Below, in pieces: positions 54,723-64,000 of a DNA stretch of 64,000 nt; position 1 is the first letter of the stretch; every line of letters starts with the position of its first letter. The stretch comes from Octopus vulgaris (Eukaryota), in assembly GCA_951406725.2 (NCBI GenBank), contig OX597833.1, positions 25,420,001-25,484,000 of the forward strand, in the 5' to 3' direction. The position numbers were made by a program, and so were the translations under genes. The notes beneath the pieces were generated by a model that did no database searches, was not told where the DNA came from, and worked only from the letters and a program-made list of their open reading frames with translations.

Positions 54723-56019
54723 TAATAATTCAAGCAGCAGAATATGTTTTATAACACCAAGAAGAAAAGTCTAACGCTTCATATGGCGACCTTCTTCGGA
54801 GAACGAGAGAAAAATTGAGATCGTACTACTTGATTGGAAATGTGCATTTGCGAAGCAACAGTTTAGAGGTGATATCGAGAAATAGATGTATTTGCTTTTG
54901 TACGTTCGAGTGTGTGTGTATGTGTGTGTGCGTACGCGCGGTGCGTGTGTGTGTTTGTGCTTGTGTGTATGTGTGTGCACATATGTGAGAAAGATCGAAA
55001 GAAAGTCGGAGAGAAGGTAGTGAGGACAGCGAAGGTAGTTTTGTTATGTGGTGTAAGTACTGTGAGGGTCAGTGTAAGTTCATTCGAATTTAATTTAATT
55101 GCAGCATTGCGATGTTAGAGGAAGATCTACAGCCTCAACCTTATCCAGAACATCTGAGATTGTGCAAAGGAAGATTGTGCAAATCATAATCTGATTTAAG
55201 ATTTGGCCAGCATATTGACAACATTTAACCTAACATCCAGCCAGCATGCTAGCAGCAGAGTGATTGCCTCTACAAACTACTTAAGAGTCATGTGGTATTG
55301 TGAAAGTGGGTGATGAAGGCACAAAAGCGATCCCACGGTCGAGTTTTGTAAGCAGACGTCCCATGTTTGTAGAAGATACTTTACCAATGAACCGTGAAAT
55401 AAAAGCATATAGTGAAGTGTATTTCTTAATCGCAATTCCAAAATTCTGTCTTTTAATAAGGGCTCGTTTACTTCGCCACCACCAATTTCCCCGTTTGCCG
55501 TTTCTTCTTCCTGTATCCTCTACTGCTACTCAAAATTCCTGGACTAATAATATATCTGCTACCACCACCCAAATCTAGCTGGTGCAGAAACCTCTACTCA
55601 TACTACTCTCTTTACAGTATGTTTTCACAGTTCCCGATTAAACATCAAAAATACATCTTTCTAGTTAAGTGTGAGTGTTGTAAATCTCTATAATTCGCTC
55701 CTAGGCTGTTTTTTTCCCATAGACATCCGATGCACCACGAAAGTTCACACTGAATATAAGGAGGATGGATTTTTATCACTACTGGACATTCAGCAAATAA
55801 AATGAACAATATCAATGTTTAGCTTTGCTCACTGAATAAAATCGAAAAAAACATCAGCTATTTTAATGTTATTGCCGGAATTTCCTAACATCTATACCTA
55901 ACAATTGTTCATATTTAATCAAAATATTTGCATATTACATAGCATTTAAAACTCCAGTTTTCCTCGTCAAGAAGAGATTGGTATTGGAAAGTTAATAGCG
56001 GTGTATAGTTAGAGTAAAA

Positions 56020-56250
56020 GGCGGCGAGCTGGCAGAAACGTTAGCACGCCGGGCGAAATGCGTAGCCGTATTTCGTCTGCCGATACGTTCCGAGTTCAAA
56101 TTCCGCCGAGGTCGACTTAGCCTTTCACCCTTTCGGGGTCGATAAATTAAGTACCAGTTACGTACTGGGGTCAATGCAATCGACTTAATCCGTTTGTCTG
56201 TCCTTGTTTGTCCCCTCTATGTTTAGCCCCTTGAGGGTAGTAAAGAAATA
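56020..56250 (+). mobile_element. tRNA-derived SINE family B with target-site duplication
   Basis: A box (tggcagaaacg), B box (gagttcaaattcc), flanking direct repeat ggtgta(ta/tt)gttagagtaa at 56001-56018 and 56251-56268. Confidence 0.85.
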
Positions 56251-59200
56251 GGTGTATTGTTAGAGTAATAGACTAAATATCGTATGTGATTGAGTAACGT
56301 TATTATGCGTTCATAGTTCGAATCTGTTCAAGATGACTTTACATTTTATCAATTCATGGCTTTCATTAAAATAAGTCTCAGGGAAGTTCTGGGTTGAATT
56401 AATCGAATACAAACTCTGCAAAAGCTTGTGGCCTCGTGTTTATATCAAAATTTGATACCACTTTTTGCTTATTTTAACCTTCCTTATTTATAAATCTGCG
56501 TGATATATTTTCCTCCTATAACTTGCGATACTCTTGGTAAACATATTCTAGTAGATATAGAACATAATTAAAAAAGAAGAACGAAAGAGAAAGGAAATAC
56601 TTTATATGCTATAAGCTTCAATAAGCAATTAGGTAGATAACAGGAATTATATACGAGGAATCATTTGCCAAGAATGTCAAAATAGTAAAAGCAGGGATCA
56701 ATATGTAGTGGGATATTATATAAAATAAAAATAAATGACTCACATGAAACTGTCAGCCGAAATCTCTCAATAAGTGTTTTATATGCTCAGCCTATGTTGG
56801 CAAATATTCCACGCATCTGAATGAAGATTTTGAAAAGTATTTAAGTATCCACCGATGGTCACATACAAAATTTATTTCATTGATAGGCTGATTCACTTAT
56901 CTGTATTTACCGATTGTACATGATATGCATTTGATACGAATGGGATCCCATTATGTAAAAATAGTCAACTTGTCCTTAAATAGCTTTACAGAGGTGAGTG
57001 TGTATAGTTTCTTTGTGTTACTAAACATATTTAATCCTATTTATGGTCAATCTCATTAATCTTTAATTACTGGCCGTAAACAAGAAAACTTCGATGCAAA
57101 TGGATTCCACGACAAACTTCAGATGTTTATTTTATCCTCATTGTTCTATAAAGTGAAGGCCAAGTTACCGTTGCTGAATCAACCAACGTCCCTTTTAAGT
57201 AACACATTATATATTTCATCTCATTTATTGGGCTTGTCACTGATCTGTAATTACCGATCTAAGACGATAAGCCCTGCATCTGGAACGGTCCAACAATATT
57301 TTGCCAAAAAATGGCTGACTTAGCCTCAACACGCTAAACAAACGTGTAAAATAAATATGGTGGTTGATTCAGTCACCTATTGAATATTACAGTACCTCTT
57401 TTGTTCCATCTATAGAATACCTTGGTTCCCAGTAAATAACGAATCCAGGCATTAAACAACCGGGGAAACGAATGTACCACTGCTCATTCACTAACCAAAA
57501 TATTTCCCCTATTCTTCGAATTTGAAAATGTTTGTTGTAACTAAGCAACTCGAAAAGAACGATTACAGAGCATAGCCACTCTGTTTATAAAAATAAAATA
57601 AGGAAAATAACACACACTGAATAGCATTTCCTTTTCAACATAGTTTTGGAACGACATAAGTTTTAGATTCTCTCTTAGCGAGAGCTAACATAATATTGCG
57701 AACGAAAAATAATTGAATTAATCAAATTACACTCACATAAAAAAAAAATTATTGATGTTTTCTTGATAAAAGGATTTGTGGAGAAGAGTAAGTTTGACCA
57801 TTGGCAAGTATAGTGTGAAATACGGTCATGTTTCAATCTTATTAATACTCACCAGTAAAAGATAGACAGACTTGTGTTTAGCAAGTCACAGACTAATTGA
57901 AGAAATGTACAAGAGTTTCGTGGTAGATACTAATGAATCTATTTTAAATTATGACACTTGAGAGTTTTCTTCGAAATCCACTCAAAACTTTGGTCTGTCC
58001 GAGAATATAGAAGAAAATACTTACCCAATGTGTCACGCAGTGGAACAGAACACGGAACCATGTTGTTGGGAAGCAAGCTTCTTACCACGAATAAAAATTG
58101 CCTTCTTTTGCATTAATATTTTTACATATCAGGACTTCACTTCAAGAATAAATTATAACCTTACTTCTTTACTTATTTTCAGCATTTTCAGAAGAGAAAG
58201 GTTAGGACATCTGAGTCTAATGATTTGAACACAGAAGGTACAATATAAACAACACGCTTTGCATTGGGGCCATTATCTGAATGCTTACAATAGAATGGTC
58301 TCTAATAAACAGAGACTAGGGCCAGACAAGGGGTCTTAAACATATAGAGTCCTCTACGATAACCTTTATATTTTCTTCATAATTTCTTTCAAATTAAACT
58401 TGCTTCAAATTTGGTTCGATAAAGGCTAAAGAAACCCAGGGCTAATCAATCGCGTCTAATCAACCATGGAATAAAGTTTATCACCAGACACCTCTCTTTT
58501 ATCAATAAGAAAGAATTGTTATTAGATACAACTTCAAAACTGAAAATTCATGATCTAATATGCTAAGTGATTTATAATAACCATAAAATTCCAGCCCGCT
58601 CATATCATTAAAACAGTAATATATCATTGAATCTGCAAATATTTCGTCATGTATATACAAGGACACTGCTTAAGAAAACGACAGAACTTTCAGAAATGTC
58701 ACCGACGCTTTCAGGCAGAATATTTATGGAATTGGTCGCCTAACAAAATTCAGTGACCTACAAGTTACTGGTAGTTCATTGCTATCCATTTATATTAACG
58801 ACTACTTCTTGGGAACATAATAGTACTAAGAAACAGTACTACCACCAGCACTACCAGCACTACCAGCACCAGCACGAGCACCAAAACCACCACCAACACC
58901 ACCTCCAACACCATCACATCACTATCACCAACACTACCACTATGACGACCACGACCATCATGGCGACGACGATACCACTATCAACAACACTACTACTACC
59001 ACCACCACAACTACCACTCCCATATGTATGTATTTTTAGTAGAAGAAAAGTATGAACAAACAACTGGTAAAGGCTTAGATGTTGGCATTTATATATTTAC
59101 ACATATTTAAACGAATCGCTTTATTATTCATCTAACGACTACTTAATATATTTACTCGTGTCGTAGACCTTACAATTTAAATACTACCTTTTCCTAATTG

Positions 59201-59459
59201 CTATCATTTAATCCCCCAGAACTCCATATTAGCTCGTTGATTCTTGACCTTGTGCTATACTTACGGCTACCCTATAGCTTTTCCTCCTGGTACTTAGTAC
59301 AAACCTTTTCTTCCTACACTCACTACTTGTGTCACCTTGCCAAACTGCTATTATTTGTATATTTTCTTTATCTTATCTGCAACCACCACACTCTCATCCC
59401 CCGTTGCTTGGTTGATAACTTTAATCTACTCGTCACATTTGAAGTTGCCATTATACATA

Positions 59460-60556
59460 CAGGTTGTAACAGGTAAATTGGGACAGGATTCAAATGGATA
59501 TATTTCTAACTGTATAGAGTCTGTTGGAGTCTGTTGCCAAATTATTCCGCGCCGGCAAAAGTGCTGGGGAGATTGTCAGAGTCACAAAGTAAACCAAATC
59601 CATTGTTTTCACTGTTGTAGTCAATTTGAAGAAAAGTCAGGATGTTCGGAGAAAGCCTCACAGTCCTTGCAGAGACCGTAAATTCACTACTCGCTTCTGA
59701 GCAGGACTTAAGCGATCCATTGAGTCGACCCTCATCAAAATCGATAGCGAAGTTGGCTGAAGATCGAGGAATCAGTAAAATGATAGTTAGTTTCTAGGAC
59801 TGTGAGACAAGACTTCCGTATCATGTCGTACGTGAGGAGACACCGTAACATCCTAACTACTCGCCCCAAAGCCATTCAAGCTGATACAAATCCCAAACTT
59901 CTTAGTAATGTTCATGGATGAAGAGAAGTTCATGGCAGACGAATCCCTCAGCTATGCATAGCAAAAGCCCAACTTTCATTATGATCTTAGGAGCTGTTGC
60001 AAGTGATGGGAAATTGATGCCATTTTATTTGGTTGAAGCGGGTTTTAAAATCAACAACTGCAGAGTATCTGAAAATCTCAGAAGTTTTTCTGGCTTTGAT
60101 TAGAAAGTGGAGGCATGTTTGTACAGGACTCCCCGCCCACCCATTCCTGGAAAACAGTGCAAGAATTTTTGAAGAAGGAACTGCCCTTGTTTGTCCTTAA
60201 AGATGTCTGGCCCACTAGCTCACCAGATTTGAATCCATATGATTTTTGGCTATGGGGCACAGTTGAAGCAATATCCAGCGCAACTTCTCACAACTGTGTG
60301 TCTTCAATGAAGGCTTCAGTTAAGCGAGGATTCAGTAAAATAAAAAAAGGAAGAAATAGTTAAGGGATGCGCATCATTTCGTAAACGGATTGAACTAGTA
60401 AAGGAAGCGGATGGCGGTCATATTGAACTGGAATAAATGATAAACACTCCACAATAAATTAGCATAAAGATAAAATTTGCAGTGTTTGATTTTTTCCGAG
60501 TTATACCAATTATAATAAAGATATTTAAATGGTCCCAATCCACCTGTTATACCCTA
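59460..60556 (+). mobile_element. Decayed Tc1/mariner DD37D (maT-like) element with TIRs
   Basis: TIRs caggttgtaacaggtaaattgggac / gtcccaatccacctgttataccct. Motifs IMILGAVASDG and FVQDSPPTH..WPTSSPDLNPYDFWLWG. Confidence 0.85.
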
Positions 60557-61004
60557 TATAGTCTTTTTCATACTTTACCATGTAATATCCCCACTTCCCT
60601 ATTCATGTTGGCCTTGGACATTCCTTTGTACATACCTTCCTCTCAATCTTAAAATCTATGTATCTATCAGTAGCTATGACTGTCAGTATCTATCTACCCA
60701 CTAATTTTCATGACCCTTTATTCACTTTCTATTGTTTTTATACTTCATTTTAGTTAGTAATAGACCAAAAACTTCCTCTAATGATCTACAACGTTCTCTT
60801 TCCAACGATGAAACTGATCACTTCTAAAATTATGTACTAAGTATATACCATATTTTTGTTTCTCTGAAGAAGGAATTGATCGCTAAAATATAGACAGCTT
60901 ATCTTCGTTTGCAGGGAAACGCAACCCATGCGCACATATTCGTGAAGAATATTAGCTGTAAAATATTATCTGCATGCGTTTTTACTTCTTTATTTCATAT
61001 GATT

Positions 61005-61404
61005 TTCTCTCTTACTCTCTTTTACTCTTTTACTTGTTTCAGTCATTTGACTGCGGCCATGCTGGAGCACCGCCTTTAATCGAGCAACTCGACCCCGGCA
61101 CTTATTCTTTTGTAAGCCCAGTACTTATTCTATCGGTCTCTTTTGCCGAACCGCTAAGTGACGGGAACATAAACACACCAGCATCGGTTGTCAAGCAATG
61201 CTAGGAGGACAAACACACACACGCATATATATACATATATACGACCGGCTTCTTTCAGTTTCCGTCTACCAAATCCACTCACAAGGCATTGGTCGACCCG
61301 GGGCTATAGCAGAAGACACTTGCCCAAGATGCCACGCAGTGGAACTGAACCCAGAACCATGTGGCTGGTAAACAAGCTACTTACCACACAGCCACTCCTG
61401 CGCC
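61005..61404 (-). mobile_element. SINE family A, full length
   Basis: Reverse complement of 27206-27607. Confidence 0.88.
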
Positions 61405-61910
61405 TATGTAACAACTCAGCAATTTCGTTTAAATATATAAAGGACATAATCTCAACCGATATCACATGTTTGCCTGTTCATTCTTTCATTCCACACATAC
61501 ATGCTCAATGATCAACCGCCTATTGCCATTTATTCTTAGGCAGCTATAACACCGCGACCTCTAGCTTGAGTTGCTGTTTAAGCCGGAGTTTTAACTGGTA
61601 AATCAACTTGAGCACTTCTTCTACGTACCTAATCACATCACGTCACTAGATGGAATATTGGATGAATTCTATGTATGTCTGCATGTATGTATGTATTCAC
61701 ACGGGTGTGTGCGTATGTGTGTGTGTGTGTGTTGCAGTGTGTTTAGTATTATGAATATAGGAAACAAAATATATTTGGTATTTTTTATGCTTTATAAAAT
61801 ATACACACGTTTTGTGAAAATAGCTGTCAGGGTTACATAATTACTTGTTGAAACATTATATAATATTATTAATTCAGCTTCTCACCGTCTAACAATATAT
61901 AGATACATAG

Positions 61911-61941
<31 letters not shown>

Positions 61942-61955
61942 CGTACGTACATACA

Positions 61956-61989
<34 letters not shown>

Positions 61990-62019
61990 CGTACGTACAT
62001 ACATACATACATACATACA

Positions 62020-62054
<35 letters not shown>

Positions 62055-62163
62055 CCCTCCATTTATCCATATCTGTCTGTCTGTCTTTCTATCTCTCTCA
62101 CACACACTCTCTCTCTATATATATACACACATACACATTTATACCTATATATATATATATGCG

Positions 62164-62197
<34 letters not shown>

Positions 62198-62611
62198 CAT
62201 GTATACACATATACACACATACATATATATACATAGATATACAAATATATATATATATATACGTATATACATACATATACATATGTGTGTGTATAACCTG
62301 TATGTATATATGCATGCATTAAGTGTGTGCGTGTGTGTATTTAATTCATATATATATTTCAGCTACTAACGTGATTTACATTATCGATCACGCATCACCA
62401 CCACACCTAATAACGCCCTTATACCATGACACTGCATCGCCATTATTTTTATTCAATATCATCAAAATATCAATATCGATTATATTGCCGTGATTATTTC
62501 CCCATTTCATATCTTTCTTCTGTGGAATACAGAAACGTAGTCTTTTCTCCTTTATTTATTTTTTTTTTAAATCATAAGAAAATATTCATTACAAGCAGAG
62601 CTGAACTACTT

Positions 62612-62684
<73 letters not shown>

Positions 62685-64000
62685 CAACGTATCACTCTTT
62701 ATCTATATCGGTATATATACATACAACCACATACATATACATGCATAACATATATAATACAGAGACACACACACACACAATACACACATTATACACACTC
62801 ACACACTCACTCACTCACACACACAGGCAGTCACACAAACTGATATATTGTCAAATAGTAAATTATAGTAGAGTGGCTAAATATGATGTCCGATATTCAT
62901 ACATATATACATGCACGCGTGCATTTGTGTGTGTTTATGTGTGTGTGTGTGTGTGTGTGTGTGTTTGTTTGTGTGCGTGAGTTGTTGTGTGTCTGTGCGC
63001 ATGCGTAATATAATGTACCAGGATTTCCCGACTGGGATGAAATTACTAATTACTTTGGACGTTGAACCCTCCAATAAGCAAAGATGACTATACATACCTG
63101 CGTGCCTCTGTATACACTTCTGTATATATTGGTACATGCGCGTGTGTGCGTGTATTTATTTGCGTACATGTGCATTTGTTTCCGTGTTTTTGCGTGTGAG
63201 TGTGAACTTGTTTCTTATTTTATACTAATTATACAGTTACATTTATAGATATTCGCTCGGAAATAAAAAGAATGAGAAGGAGAGGAGTGAGAGAGGGAGA
63301 GGGGGAGAGATGGGGTGGAAAGGAGATAGAGGAGTGGGAGTGAAAAAGAGAGAGTGAGAGAGAAAAATTCTTTTTATCCAATTCATGTTTGATGTGTTTC
63401 TAATTAGATTTGGAACGCTCTTGATTAATTATATGCAGGGCCCCATTTCTCATTCTCTTTATTTAGGTAGCAAGCTGTAGCTTCTGGGATCTATGTTGAT
63501 TATTTTCATTTGATATTCTTTACTCCACTTATGTAAGTGAATGTTTCATTTAGAAGGGAATCTTTGTGATACAGCTAGAGTACTCGCTGCAGAATGAATT
63601 CATGGCCTTCTGCTTAACTCTTAAATCAATAAAAGCACGATTCCCAGTTAATTTGGAAGTTAGAATGACAGACCGAGTCAAAAAGAGAGAGAAAGAGAGG
63701 AACATTTGATAGAACGATTATATTTCATACTTAATCTTACTAGATTCGTTCTTACCGAGTATGAATGCTTGAACAGGTGAACAGAATCTTCTAAGTGGCA
63801 TACTGCGATAAAGAAAAAAAATTGCTGCATTTCATATTGTTTTGATAACCAAGTTTGATGCTCATTCAATTTTTTACTGTATGCCTCTAGCAAAATCGTA
63901 CTATTTATAATCAAGCTTTTTCTCTTCTCTAGGTTCAATCACTTGCCTAGAGTTTAATGCATTTTATGCTCTTTGTAGAAGAGAGCACAGAAAAAAATAT

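Noticed and set aside
60860-60900. CTGAAGA-AGG motif in a pyrimidine-rich segment
   Set aside because: Could not build stem II, GAAA or stem I; too decayed to support.

Overview
AT-rich, microsatellite-saturated eukaryotic DNA, intergenic or intronic. The SINE families and repeat landscape suggest a cephalopod (Octopus-like) genome, which is an inference. Most ORFs in the track are translations of (TA)n, (CATA)n, (CA)n, (AAT)n and (CTT)n repeats. Recognisable content: a young 5'-truncated Penelope-like element (PLE; RT C-terminus plus GIY-YIG endonuclease) present as a ~3 kb head-to-head inverted pair; decayed L1/Tx1, CR1/L2 and RTE LINEs; several Tc1/mariner elements; many tRNA-derived SINEs of two families; a ~550 bp (TAA)n-associated retroposon; one candidate polyQ/SPK-repeat coding exon; and one candidate symmetric exon carrying a stop codon. 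The main finding is a recurring architecture: at least 7 loci from unrelated sequence families carry minimal hammerhead-ribozyme (HHR) motifs with a palindromic stem III. They are arranged as fold-back (inverted, 3'-ends-outward, asymmetric) PLE 3' ends, mostly inserted in (TA)n. All folds and alignments were done by eye, and repeat boundaries are approximate.
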